DNA of 44,227 nucleotides from Bacteroidota bacterium (GTDB lineage: Bacteria; Bacteroidota; Bacteroidia; Flavobacteriales_D; Crocinitomicaceae). Where the stretch lies: contig VGMK01000001.1 of the NCBI GenBank assembly GCA_016866375.1, positions 1 to 44,227 on the forward strand. Reading direction: 5' to 3'. The notes under the pieces are model-generated. The model ran no database searches and was not told where the DNA came from. It worked only from the letters and a program-made list of their open reading frames with translations. Positions 19,272-30,400 of the stretch are shown one piece after another. Position numbers and translations under genes: made by a program. Position 1 is the stretch's first letter, and the number at the start of each line of letters is the position of its first letter.

Positions 19272-19706
19272 GTGCTTAAAACCAACACTAAATATTTTAT
19301 TAAAAATCACCCCATTGAATTGGAATGGGACTTCTCTGCTATTGGTGGTTTATTCATATATTACCTTAATTCATCGCGTTGGAAAATTCTAAATTTCAGG
19401 TTCACAAAAAAAAGAAACAACATAATAATTTTTCAAAACAGTGATATCATCGATTTCAAATTGTACAGAATTTCATGGTTTCGAATTAAAAAAATGAGTG
19501 TTTTTCATATTTCACCCAAAGCCATTGATCTTGTGAGTACAAAAGTTGAGGTAAAGGAAATAAATGCTCCAGGCATTAACTTTAACTTTTTATCTTTTCG
19601 TAAAAACCCTATTCTTATTAAAGCTAATGGAGAGATTGGACAATTTCACTCTCCGCAAATTTCTAAATTTAATTTAACCATAAATCCATTTACTTATCAT
19701 GAATGA
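19272..19706 (+). CDS. Hypothetical protein
   Basis: 144-aa ORF coupled to both neighbours. Confidence 0.6.
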   Translation: MLKTNTKYFIKNHPIELEWDFSAIGGLFIYYLNSSRWKILNFRFTKKRNNIIIFQNSDIIDFKLYRISWFRIKKMSVFHISPKAIDLVSTKVEVKEINAPGINFNFLSFRKNPILIKANGEIGQFHSPQISKFNLTINPFTYHE

Positions 19707-21000
19707 AATTAACGATTACCTGAAAAATTATGACATGAATAATCCAAATTCCGGTCGTTTTAAACATAAAGTAACACGATTCCTTTGGTGGTGTGCGGGG
19801 GCCGATAAACAAATTTTGGAAAAATGTCCCCTCGGTGACCGTGTAAGGTATGCCGGAATTGGTGGTATTGTATTGGCTACCGGCGTACTAGCAGCGGTAT
19901 CTGGAGGTTATGCCTTTTATACTATTTTCGGACCAAAAGGTGACGCTGTCGTAGAAGAAATTGCGACAATTAGAGATTTATCCATTTCGGCAATTTTTGC
20001 GATACTTTGGGGGTTGATTGTTTTCAATATGGACCGTTTTATCGTTTCAAGTACGGGTAAAGGAGATGGAAAAGATACTATTTCATGGAAGGAATTAGGT
20101 CAGGCCCTTCCACGAATTATCATTGCTGTTATTTTAGCTTTTGCGATTTCATCACCGTTAGAAACCCGAATTTTGAAATCTGAAATTGACGCTAAATTGC
20201 AAACAAAACAAGACGAGTATTTACTCGAATTAAATAAAAACACAGATAAAATAAAGAACGAAGAAATAAATCGAGTAAAAACTGAGATTTCCAAAATGGA
20301 AAAAGAAATCCTTGGTATTGAAGAGTCGTTTGAAAAAAGACGATTGGAAATCAAAGAAGCTCGAATTCGTCTTGAAGATGAAATTGCGGGTAGAATAGGG
20401 TCGGGAAAGGCCGGTGAAGGTCCCGCCGCACGAACTCAAAAAGAAAATCTTACACGTCAAGAACAAGAGTTAAACGAACAAAAAAAGAATAAAGAACCTG
20501 AAATTGCCGCAAAAAAAACACGATTAAAAGCTTCGGTTTTAGAACTTGACAAAATCTATAAAAGCATTGAAGAGGATAAAGCAAAAAACAAATTAAAAGC
20601 AAACAATTTGGATGGTTTGTTGGAAAGAATTCATATTTCCCATGAAATCGGAGGTATCGTGCCTTGGATTATTTTCCTTGTTTTACTTTCGATTGAGGCC
20701 GGTCCTATTTTCTTCAAAATGATGATGCAAAAAGGTGTTTATGAATACTTGGTGGAAAATAATAAAAAACGCTTTCTTTCACTTAACGGTATTGTGGTAG
20801 AGGAGAAACTAGTTGAAGACAAACATGATGTAAAACATGCTGAAATAACACATTTTATGGAGGCCGAAAAAGAGATCAATGCAAAAAAAGAGCAATTAGA
20901 TAAAGAATCTGATCTAACCAGTCATACACTCGATAAATGGCATAAATCCAAAAAAGGAGAAATCGACGAGAATCCCGAACAGTTTTTTAACGAACACTAA
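19699..21000 (+). CDS. DUF4407-family membrane protein
   Basis: FLWWCAGAD..IL..CP, WGLIVFNMDRFIVSS, PRII.A...ISSPLE, long coiled coil with G.GKAGEGP, IE..PIFFK. Confidence 0.85.
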   Translation: MNEINDYLKNYDMNNPNSGRFKHKVTRFLWWCAGADKQILEKCPLGDRVRYAGIGGIVLATGVLAAVSGGYAFYTIFGPKGDAVVEEIATIRDLSISAIFAILWGLIVFNMDRFIVSSTGKGDGKDTISWKELGQALPRIIIAVILAFAISSPLETRILKSEIDAKLQTKQDEYLLELNKNTDKIKNEEINRVKTEISKMEKEILGIEESFEKRRLEIKEARIRLEDEIAGRIGSGKAGEGPAARTQKENLTRQEQELNEQKKNKEPEIAAKKTRLKASVLELDKIYKSIEEDKAKNKLKANNLDGLLERIHISHEIGGIVPWIIFLVLLSIEAGPIFFKMMMQKGVYEYLVENNKKRFLSLNGIVVEEKLVEDKHDVKHAEITHFMEAEKEINAKKEQLDKESDLTSHTLDKWHKSKKGEIDENPEQFFNEH

Positions 21001-22044
21001 ATGGGGAGGTTGTCCATTTTATTATTTGGACTTGACGAAACTATTTTAGCCCAATTAAGCGCGAGCGAACGAGATAAGTTTAAGTTCTTGAGTTGGCAGT
21101 TTCTGATTCAGTTCTTGTGTATTGTAGTAGGAATGAGTTATTTCTTCTTTCTACTCACGAATTCATATGTTCTGGGAGGAATAATAGGTCTTTTATTTGC
21201 CACAGTGATTAGTTCAGTTTTGCGTTTTACTCTGATATCTATTGGAATTCCATTAACTCAGATTGCTACTCCGTTGTCAATTCTCAAACGTTGGGTGAAT
21301 TTAATTCGTATTGCCCTCTACGCTGTTTATTGCTTCGTGGCTCTAACACCATTTCTCGCTTTATTTCATCACAATTCTTTATCCAACGATATGCAACAAC
21401 ACCGGCAGAAAATTGTGACAAGTTATGAAGAGCTTTTGCAAAAAAGATATGAAAACGCCATTCAAGAAAATAAAAATGATTTAGTAAAAAGGGAGAAAGA
21501 AATACAGGAATTGGAAGGAGATTATGAATCGATTCAAGACAAAGAGAGGAAGAATCTTGTGCTGTTTCAGCTTCGAGAATTGAAAAAAAAATACGAGGAA
21601 AAAGCCAATTCTTTTGCTATTCAGCAAAAAAAAATACAGGATAATTTAACATTGGAGTTTAAGAATTATGAGTCAAAAATCATGGGTGAAGACTTTCCAT
21701 TTACAAGATTTGATATCCTCATGGAAAAAGACAATTTTGTTTTTGTTTTAATCCTTATCGTTTTAGCATTCAGCTCAATAATTATACAATATATTAAAGC
21801 CGTAAGTGGTACCGAAAGTTCATATTTCGCCTTGTGTTCAAAACTATACTCAGAACGAGTAAGCAAAGATTACCAAGTGACAGTTGATGACACTAGAGCA
21901 TATCTTTTGGCAGAATTTAATAAATCCTGGTCTCCAATCCTTAATTATGAAGATCCTCCATTCAATGAAAAGAGAATTGTAACGGAAACGGAATTGAAGA
22001 ATAGCTCGTTGTTTAACGAATGGAAAAATAGAAAGGGATCATGA
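21001..22044 (+). CDS. Divergent DUF4407-like membrane/coiled-coil protein
   Basis: Same topology as the upstream gene (G.D..IL start, 3 TM, coiled coil, TM); abuts it. Confidence 0.65.
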   Translation: MGRLSILLFGLDETILAQLSASERDKFKFLSWQFLIQFLCIVVGMSYFFFLLTNSYVLGGIIGLLFATVISSVLRFTLISIGIPLTQIATPLSILKRWVNLIRIALYAVYCFVALTPFLALFHHNSLSNDMQQHRQKIVTSYEELLQKRYENAIQENKNDLVKREKEIQELEGDYESIQDKERKNLVLFQLRELKKKYEEKANSFAIQQKKIQDNLTLEFKNYESKIMGEDFPFTRFDILMEKDNFVFVLILIVLAFSSIIIQYIKAVSGTESSYFALCSKLYSERVSKDYQVTVDDTRAYLLAEFNKSWSPILNYEDPPFNEKRIVTETELKNSSLFNEWKNRKGS

Positions 22045-23210
22045 GTAGTACCGTGCAATATTTTTCTGGAGATTTCATGTCAAGTTTTACAACGGCACAT
22101 GAATACACGAAAAATATTCTACATTTCGAACAAAACACCTCACAACTAATTATCTGTGGAAACGTATTGGTTACGAATGTCACGTATTACGATAATCTGC
22201 CATTGCCAAGTGTCGACTTGCCACTCAAACACGGAGATGAACTTTCCTTCGTAGAATTTAGAGATCATAATCCTGAATTATCGAGAAGAAGAAATATTTT
22301 TGATTATACCATTTCTTCTCTAAAAATTTCTGATTTTCAAGAAATAGATGGTGTTCCTCATGGTATTCTTACTGGAAGAATTACAGGTTGTTTAGTAAAA
22401 AAAGAAAAACAGGAAACCAATCAAGATCCTCCATTATCTTCCGAAACTGTCGAAAATTATTCTACACACACACCGTATACAACTCCTACGCAACTTTCAG
22501 AACGAAAAGGATGCGGAGCAAACCCACTTTTAAACTCGACCTCGCTGGGCCGAAATGGTGGTTGTGGAAGGTTTTTACCAAATACTGGGATTGCGAATCG
22601 AGGTTGCGGAAACATGGCGATACCGGGTGTAATGCCAAATGGATGTCGCAACAGCGGTTGTTGGTCTATTTTATCCTATTTAATTTGGGTGCCTTTGCTA
22701 TTTAGTTTATTTAAGTTTTGTGATAATAGCGATCAAGAGGATCGGAACATGCCAAAAGTTGAAGATAACAAGAAGGATTATTGGGAAGAAAATTCTGAAG
22801 AAGATTTTGGAATAGACTCTACTAAAATTTTGGACAATACCTATGAAATCCAATACAAATCGATTCTATTGCCTAATGTGCAATTCTTCACCAATAGCGA
22901 TAGAATATTGGAATACTCCAAAAAAGAACTAGATGAATTGAGTTTGTATTTCAACGAAAACAAGGAACTAAAAGGGATCATTTTTGGTTATACTGATGAT
23001 AAGGGAAATAAAGAAAAAAATCAACGGTTATCTCAAAAAAGAGCAGAAGCTGTAATGAATTATCTCATTGAAAGGGGTGTTGAATCCAGCCGCTTATCGG
23101 CAATTGGCAAAGGGGAATCCGACCCAAGAGCGAGCAATAAACTCAGAGAAGGAAGGTTAATGAACCGCAGAGTTGAAATTACCATTGTTAAAAAGGTGAG
23201 AAGAAAATGA
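22041..23210 (+). CDS. Membrane-anchored OmpA/MotB-like peptidoglycan-binding protein
   Basis: C-terminal GYTDDKG...NQRLSQKRAEAV..YL...NRRVEI; central TM preceded by Gly-Cys repeats. Confidence 0.88.
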   Translation: MSSTVQYFSGDFMSSFTTAHEYTKNILHFEQNTSQLIICGNVLVTNVTYYDNLPLPSVDLPLKHGDELSFVEFRDHNPELSRRRNIFDYTISSLKISDFQEIDGVPHGILTGRITGCLVKKEKQETNQDPPLSSETVENYSTHTPYTTPTQLSERKGCGANPLLNSTSLGRNGGCGRFLPNTGIANRGCGNMAIPGVMPNGCRNSGCWSILSYLIWVPLLFSLFKFCDNSDQEDRNMPKVEDNKKDYWEENSEEDFGIDSTKILDNTYEIQYKSILLPNVQFFTNSDRILEYSKKELDELSLYFNENKELKGIIFGYTDDKGNKEKNQRLSQKRAEAVMNYLIERGVESSRLSAIGKGESDPRASNKLREGRLMNRRVEITIVKKVRRK

Positions 23211-24922
23211 CGGCGGAACGTATATATTTCAAAGCTAGGGCCATTGGGTATTACCATGTGGAAGATTCACGTCAGACGGGACCATATTCTTTTGCTGAAA
23301 TAGAAATTACGCAGTTAGACCTCGTTGAACTTAAGGAAATTGATGCATTCGACTTTAATGAGTTGAAAACTGGATTATTTCATAAACCAGAACGTAAAAT
23401 AAAAGCAGTGAGAGTCTTTCTTGAATCAGGAACGTATTTGAAAGAAGACATTCGCGATATTCTTTTCAGGCGCATCGAGAAAACGGATAAATTAACAGTT
23501 GAGGGCCAGGAATGGATAGGATTTACTGCCGATGCTTATTTTATCATTGAACGAAAAATCGAAGTCAAGCAAACACTAATCCCAACTGTTAATAGGAGAA
23601 CTATTTGGCCATTTTCACGAACAGGCACCACAACACAGACAACTACATTTGATACAAAAACAGGGAGCTCAACAGGAATAAATGTAGATCCGGTAGCCAC
23701 TGCTCCAGCATCTCCACTTCTTGGTTACTTGGTATTATTTCTTTGCTTCGTGTTTGTATTCGGGTTGTTCTTCGGATTTGGTGGAGGAACCTTGTTGTTT
23801 TTGGTACTTTTAGGTATTTCATTCCTACTTTCCTTTCTTGGTGACCGTTTTCCAGTTTTTCAACGCATTTTCGGAGTTAACTTTCCTTTATGGAACATCA
23901 TCGGTTGGATTTTTATATTTTTCAGTTTACTAAGTTTTGGAACCTATGGTCCAGACAATGGAAACATAAGTGGGTTCTTACTCGGGCTGGCTATCATCCT
24001 ATGGTCACGCAACGCTATTTGGCTGCGACGAATCGGACAACTTTCATTTTTTATCGTTATGCTTATGTTTTTGGCTAATTCCGGTATTTTAGGTTGGCTT
24101 GAGGATATCCCCGAAAAAACAAAACGAAAAAAATATACTGAAGACAAAGAATTTGTTGAGGAAGATCACATTAAATTTAAAAGAGAAAAAGATACCGTAG
24201 AAAACGACCAAGGTGAAAAAGTAGTTCGCGAGAAACTTATGCATTCATTAAATTGGACAGATAATTATCAAATGAATCATCAAGCTGTAATTAGTGTTTT
24301 TAAGCAGGATTATGAATCTTCAGAAATTAAGCGAAACAGAAGTGAAGTAAATGAAACGTCGGCATTGAGGTATTGGAACAGAGTGTATGCTCAACTTATT
24401 TACGACAACAAAGAGTACTTGGAACAGGTTATTGCCACTTTCAATCAAATTGGTAAGTCGAAACAACTCGATAGAAAAGGATTTGCAGACATGGTGGTTT
24501 CAGGCATACAAAACATACCCTATTACTTAGTTCATGATTTATCGCATGATGACGCCGATAGACAATTCGGTGGATTCATTACGGAATGGCACAACAAAGG
24601 TGGTAATTGCTTAGAAAAAATGAAATATGGTATTCAGGCTCCAGCTGAATTCATGGGGAATTTTAAAGGTGACTGTGATACACGAAGTGTTTTGTTGTTT
24701 TATGTCCTATCGAGATTTAAGTACGATGTCGCTATTTTAATTTCAGAACAATACGGACATGCAATATTAGGAATAGCCGGAGATTATTCAGGAAAATATA
24801 AAGAATACAACGGATATCGTTATTTTGCTTGGGAAACCACAGCAACCAATTTCGTTCCAGGAGTACTTGCTCCTGATTTCGGAAACATGAACTATTGGAA
24901 AATTGCATTAACTAATAACTAA
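23207..24922 (+). CDS. Multi-TM protein with C-terminal transglutaminase-like domain
   Basis: GDCDTRSVLL, HAILGI, AWETT (Cys-His-acid triad pattern); about 5 TM helices. Confidence 0.8.
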   Translation: MTAERIYFKARAIGYYHVEDSRQTGPYSFAEIEITQLDLVELKEIDAFDFNELKTGLFHKPERKIKAVRVFLESGTYLKEDIRDILFRRIEKTDKLTVEGQEWIGFTADAYFIIERKIEVKQTLIPTVNRRTIWPFSRTGTTTQTTTFDTKTGSSTGINVDPVATAPASPLLGYLVLFLCFVFVFGLFFGFGGGTLLFLVLLGISFLLSFLGDRFPVFQRIFGVNFPLWNIIGWIFIFFSLLSFGTYGPDNGNISGFLLGLAIILWSRNAIWLRRIGQLSFFIVMLMFLANSGILGWLEDIPEKTKRKKYTEDKEFVEEDHIKFKREKDTVENDQGEKVVREKLMHSLNWTDNYQMNHQAVISVFKQDYESSEIKRNRSEVNETSALRYWNRVYAQLIYDNKEYLEQVIATFNQIGKSKQLDRKGFADMVVSGIQNIPYYLVHDLSHDDADRQFGGFITEWHNKGGNCLEKMKYGIQAPAEFMGNFKGDCDTRSVLLFYVLSRFKYDVAILISEQYGHAILGIAGDYSGKYKEYNGYRYFAWETTATNFVPGVLAPDFGNMNYWKIALTNN

Positions 24923-24925
24923 ATT

Positions 24926-25450
24926 ATGAAAACAGATTTTTACATTGCCCTCACTCAACTCAGCACCTCTGTTGTTATGGGAATTTTAACCGTTTACTTA
25001 ACTAAAGTAATTGTTACGAAATATTACAAAACTAAAACTGGACAAGTAAATCCTTACCAAAACACTTCGTTCATGATTTTTCTTGCCGGAACCATTTTTT
25101 CGGTCTCTTACATGGTTTATGGTATAAATGAACCTTTAGCCGAAACCATGCGCATATTACAGACGCAAGAACTTAGTAAATCTAAGTTAATACTAGAATA
25201 TTTACGTTTTGCAGGGATGTTCCTGACGCTTGCATACGCGTTCAGTGCTGGGGTGATTTTTTTGGCTTACAAACTCTTTTCAATTTTAACCGCGCAATTG
25301 GATGAATATGAAGAAATATCGCGCAATAATATCGGTGTTGCCATACTAGTAAGTGTTTTGACCATTGTAATTGCTTTGTTTGCACATATTGCCTTCATCG
25401 GGTTTATTCAAACATTTATCCCTTATCCAGAAATGCCAACTTTTATCTGA
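24926..25450 (+). CDS. DUF350-like membrane protein
   Basis: 4 TM; LDEYEEISRNNIGVAIL resembles the DUF350 EI..GN.AVA motif. Confidence 0.7.
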   Translation: MKTDFYIALTQLSTSVVMGILTVYLTKVIVTKYYKTKTGQVNPYQNTSFMIFLAGTIFSVSYMVYGINEPLAETMRILQTQELSKSKLILEYLRFAGMFLTLAYAFSAGVIFLAYKLFSILTAQLDEYEEISRNNIGVAILVSVLTIVIALFAHIAFIGFIQTFIPYPEMPTFI

Positions 25451-25995
25451 TGAATCCTGTTTTCAAAACAATTTCAGAGTCGCAAACAGTACTAACTGAA
25501 TTGATGATTCCCAGTTATGCTAATTTCGGTGGTAAAATACATGGCGGTATTTTACTTTCACTTATGGATAAAGTAGCTTACGTTACCGCTTCCAAACACT
25601 ACGGAGGCTACTGTGTTACCGTCGCTGTGGAAGGTGTGGAATTCATGCATCCTGTTGAAGTTGGTCAACTGGTATCTTTGAAAGCGAGCATCAATTATGT
25701 GGGTAAGTCCTCTATGATTGTCGGTATTCGTGTGGAGGCCTTACAGCCTAAAACTGGCGAAGTTTTTCATACAAATAGTTCGTATTTTACCATGGTGGCA
25801 AAGAACGACGACCATCAAACTGATCGCGTACCCGGTTTAATTTTACAAACGGAAACAGAAATTCGACGTTTCTATGAAGGTATGCATCTTAAGCATATGG
25901 CAAAACAAAAACGAGAAATGCTCAAATCCGACTTTTCGTCTCTAACACTTGAAGATATCTGTGCTCACTTACTTGATGAAAATTGTAAGTTTTAA
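25450..25995 (+). CDS. Acyl-CoA thioesterase (hotdog fold, YciA-like)
   Basis: P.YANFGGKIHGG.LL.LMD, VTVAV..V.F..PV.VG, YFTMVA. Confidence 0.92.
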   Translation: MNPVFKTISESQTVLTELMIPSYANFGGKIHGGILLSLMDKVAYVTASKHYGGYCVTVAVEGVEFMHPVEVGQLVSLKASINYVGKSSMIVGIRVEALQPKTGEVFHTNSSYFTMVAKNDDHQTDRVPGLILQTETEIRRFYEGMHLKHMAKQKREMLKSDFSSLTLEDICAHLLDENCKF

Positions 25996-26333
25996 ACCTT
26001 ATTTTTTCTACCCTCCTCCTCTTCTTTCTTTATGGCATCTCCAAAAATTAGATTGTACAGGTATTGATACAAATAAATTTTAGCGCCCAAAGGCCAAATT
26101 CTATAAATTTCGAAGAAGGGCAATATGCTTAAAGTCACGGTAATAAATCCAAATGGAAAAATACCGAGTAGAACCAATGCAACCTGCGCACAAGAAAAGA
26201 GTAGCAACAATCCTAATCGTAAAAAAAAGTGTCGTTCGAGTTTTTTTAAAATTTTCTGAACTTCTTTCGCATCTTTCACTTCAACACGAGAAAAATCTAA
26301 CTCGATTGCTAATAATTGTTCTTTGATATTCAT
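25992..26333 (-). CDS. Hypothetical 2-TM protein
   Basis: 113-aa ORF with two hydrophobic segments. Confidence 0.65.
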   Translation of the reverse strand: MNIKEQLLAIELDFSRVEVKDAKEVQKILKKLERHFFLRLGLLLLFSCAQVALVLLGIFPFGFITVTLSILPFFEIYRIWPLGAKIYLYQYLYNLIFGDAIKKEEEEGRKNKV

Positions 26334-26344
26334 GTCTAAAAAAT

Positions 26345-26809
26345 TTAAAAGGTTACAGTGCCATTTGCCAAACGCTCTAAATAAAAAAGTTCGAAGGGGT
26401 GTAGGTTTTTACTTCCTTTTTCCAATATTCGATCTAAGATGACATCAAGATCCATAATGCGGTCAATGTAGCACAGCACCTCCTGTTTAAACGTGGGATT
26501 CAATTGACTCGAATCATTAATCAACACATGTGTTAAATCCGTAACCTTGTATTCAATAGCTTGTTTTTCCAATATTTTTTTTAACTCATTGAAAATTTCT
26601 TGATCGATTAGGTCAATTTCCGTATACCCTTTCTCATGGAACCAATGTAAGATGGGAACACTTTGATTGATCACATTTAGAAATACACCGTCTCGTTTGG
26701 TTAAGCCATCGAGTTTTTTCTCAAGCTCTTCTTCGTTGTACGGGTAATCAATTTTTAGCAATAAAAGTTCTGCACTATTTAGCGCATAAGGATACTGGTA
26801 ACATTTCAT
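26345..26809 (-). CDS. Hypothetical protein
   Basis: 154-aa ORF with C-terminal LDVILDRILEKG...L...E..YL. Confidence 0.7.
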   Translation of the reverse strand: MKCYQYPYALNSAELLLLKIDYPYNEEELEKKLDGLTKRDGVFLNVINQSVPILHWFHEKGYTEIDLIDQEIFNELKKILEKQAIEYKVTDLTHVLINDSSQLNPTFKQEVLCYIDRIMDLDVILDRILEKGSKNLHPFELFYLERLANGTVTF

Positions 26810-26952
26810 GACAAGAGAGAATTAGTTTAACGAAAGCTCTAAACGCTGGATTTTCGAAAAAGTAACACGTCTGCTTGAGATTCATTTTATCTTGTTGAAT
26901 TTATTTACATACGTATGGGTATTTTTTATATATTTCCAAAATAAGCAATACC

Positions 26953-27411
26953 ATGCCCCACCTCGAACCCACATACCTCCGCTACATCTACGATGGCCTT
27001 ATCAAAGGAAGTATCCACCCGGAGAATGCTGCTGAATTACCTGATGGTTTGATTGGTATGTATGAAGAAGCCTTCGACGAGCGGACTTCGGTGGTGGAAC
27101 GCCAAAAACTGTTGCAACACTTTGCAATTTGGGCTTTGTTGAAGAAAGAGGTAAGTGCAGCTTTTGTATCCGAAGTTTTAGGAGAAACCGAAGACGACAT
27201 CCAAGAATTCATTTCCACCTACAGTGCCTGGTTCAACAGCCCAGAGAGCGGCAAATATCAATTGTACCACGAGCGATTGAAAGTGTATTTGTTGCAGAAG
27301 TTGAGTGAGGGGGAAGTTCATTCACTGCATGAGAAACTGATTACTCGTATAGAAAGAGCCATTGAAGAGCAAAAAGCGGATGAATTTGAGTGGTATGGGT
27401 TGGAGTTTTTA
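26953..27411 (+). repeat. Shared 5' module, copy 1
   Basis: Codons 1-122 match copies 2 and 3; codons 123-153 match copy 3 only. Confidence 0.95.
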
Positions 27412-30400
27412 ACTTCACATTTGGCAATTGCCGCTATGCTCAATGGTGATGGTAAGAAACTGATCAAACTTGCTTATTCCCAAACACATTGGCAACGCCA
27501 ATTGAAAATCAGCAAAGGGTATTCCTGGACAAAAAACAGCTTACAAGAAGTGATGGCCTGGGCTTCTAAATACAATGACGACGAGGTCATTGAATGTGGC
27601 TTGCAGATGGTTGATTTGCACCATCAGGAACAGAATGCAGCGCCTCAAATAGTGGCATTAGTAGCCGAGGGAGAATTTGACGCTGCACTCAAACGTATTG
27701 AGCAATTTGGAGGAAGTGACAAGGAGGGCTTGCAACGGAAGTTTATTTTATATATGCTATGCTTAATGGAGCTTACTTTACTTGGTAGTAAGGATAAACC
27801 AAACCGAAAAGTTGGAATTGACAAATTACTGAAGCATTTAGATGAGCAATTGCCGGTAGATTATTCTATTTTAAAATGGAATGATTTCTTTCCGAGTAAT
27901 ACCATGTTTTTATTGGCATGCGAATGGCATGCATTACGACTCGATTATTTAATTCCGTTCAAAAGAACCGATGCTTGGAATACAGACTGGCTTTCTGTAA
28001 AAGGGCCATATAACGATTCACAATTCGAGATTTTAATTGCCTGTGCAACAGGGATAAGTGATGATAATAGGAAGAGTAGCGCGCTAAAATTCATCAGTGC
28101 CGAACTGGCTAAACAAGGTAATATAGAAGAAGCCCTTGCCTGCGCAACAGGGATAAGTGAAGAGTCAGATAAGAGTAGCGCGCTAAAGGACATAAGTGCC
28201 GAACTGGCTAAACAAGGCAAGATAGAAGAAGCCCTTGCCTGCGCAACAGGGATAAGTTCTGATAGGGCAAAGAGTAGCGCGCTGGCGGCCATCTCCACCG
28301 AACTGGCTAAACAAGGCAAGATAGAAGAAGCGGCATCTGCGATGCAGAAAGCCCTTGCCTGCGCAACAGGGATAAGTGCTGATTGGGCAAAGAGTAGCGA
28401 GCTACAGGACATCAGTGCCGAACTGGCTAAACAGGGTAAGACCAAAGAAGCTGCATCTGTGATACAGGAGGCGCTTGAATGTGCCCGAGCCATTAGTGAT
28501 AATATACTTAAGAGTATGGCGCTAAAGGACATCAGTGCCGAACTGGCTAAACAAGGCAAGATAGATGAAGCCCTTGCCTGCGCAACAGGGATAAGTTCTG
28601 ATTGGGCAAAGAGTATGGCGCTAAAGGACATCAGTGCCGAACTGGCTAAACAGGGGAAGACTGAAGAAGCAGCATTTATGATGCAGGAAGCTCTTGAATG
28701 CGCCCGCGGCATTGATATTAACAATAGAGGTTTGATTAACAAGGTTAGAGCGCTAAAGGACATCAGTGCCGAACTGGCTAAACAAGGCAAGATAGATGAA
28801 GCCCTTGCCTGCGCAACAGGGATAAGTGATGAGTCAGATAAGAGTAGCGCGCTAAAGGATATCAGTGCCGAACTGGCTAAACAAGGCAAGATAGAAGAAG
28901 CGGCATCTGCGATGCAGAAAGCCCTTGCCTGCGCAACAGGGATAAGTTCTGATATGGAAAAGAGTAACGCGCTAAAGGACATCAGTGCCGAACTGGCTAA
29001 ACAAGGCAAGATAGATGAAGCCCTTGCCTGCGCAACAGGGATAAGTGATGAGTCAGATAAGAGTAGCGCGCTAAAGGACATCAGTGCCGAACTGGCTAAA
29101 CAAGGCAAGATAGAAGAAGTGGCATCTGCGATGCAGAAAGCCCTTGCCTGCGCAACAGGGATAAGTTCTGATATGGAAAAGAGTAACGCGCTAAAGGACA
29201 TCAGTGCCGAACTGGCTAAACAAGGTAAGATAGATGAAGCCCTTGCCTGCGCGATAGGGATAAGTGATGAGTCAGATAAGAGTATGGCGCTGAATGACAT
29301 CAGTGCCGAACTGGCTATACAAGGCAAGTTAGATGAAGCCCTTGCCTGCGCAACAGGGATAAGTTCTGATTGGGCAAAGAGTGACGCGCTAAAGGACATC
29401 AGTACCGAACTGGCTAAACAAGGCAAGATAGAAGAAGCCCTTGCCTGCGCAACAGGGATAAGTTCTGATAGGGCAAAGTGTAGCGCGCTGGCGGCCATCT
29501 CCACCGAACTGGCTAAACAAGGCAAGATAGAAGAAGCGGCATCTGCGATGCAGAAAGCCCTTGCCTGCGCAACAGGGATAAGTTCTGATAGGGCAAAGAG
29601 TGTGGCGCTGAACGACATCAGTGCCGAACTGGCTAAACAAGGCAAATTAGAAGAAGCCCTTGCCTGCGCAACAGGGATAAGTGGTGATAATCTGAAGAGT
29701 AGCGCGCTGAAGGACATCAGTGCCGAATTGGCTAAACAAGGCAAGATAGAAGAAGCCCTTGCCTGCGCAACAGGGATAAGTTCTGATAGGGCAAAGAGTA
29801 GCGCGCTAAAATTCATCACTGCCGAACTAGCTAAACAAGGTAAGATAGAAGAAGCGGCATCTGCGATGCAGAAAGCCCTTGCCTGCGCAACAGGGATAAG
29901 TTCTGATTGGGACAAGAGTGACGCGCTAAAGGACATCAGTGCCGAACTAGCTAAACAAGGCAAGATAGATGAAGCCCTTGCCTGCGCAGCAGGGATAAGT
30001 AATGATTATTGGAAGAGTAGCGCGCTAAAGGACATCAGTGCCGAACTGGCTAAACAAGGTAAGATAGATGAAGCCCTTGCCTGCGCGATAAGGATAAGTG
30101 ATGAGTCAGATAAGAGTATGGCGCTGAAAGACATCAGTGCCGAATTGGCTAAACAAGGCAAGTTAGAAGAAGCCCTTGCCTGCGCAACAGGGATAAGTTC
30201 TGATAGGGCAAAGAGTAGCGCGCTAAAATTCATCACTGCCGAACTTGCTAAACAGGGCAATTGGACGCTTGCAGAAACTACAGGCTTGGAGATTCCGTTA
30301 TCAAATATTAGACATCTTTGTTGGCAGAATATTGCAAACAATTTTATTAACGAAAACAGTTGGCAGAGGTCTTTGGAAATGGTAAATCAATTTCAAAATT

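Noticed and set aside
19699..23210. Zorya ZorAB assignment
   Set aside because: The membrane proteins look like DUF4407, not MotA/ZorA, and no ZorC/D/E genes are adjacent.
28039..30258. CRISPR-like pattern of constant blocks and variable segments
   Set aside because: Units are in-frame codon multiples within a CDS, variable parts are only ~12-25 nt and recur, and no cas genes are present.
27945..30341. Long antisense ORFs (672 aa and 111 aa)
   Set aside because: Shadows of the repeat array; a stop-free unit repeated gives a long open antisense frame.
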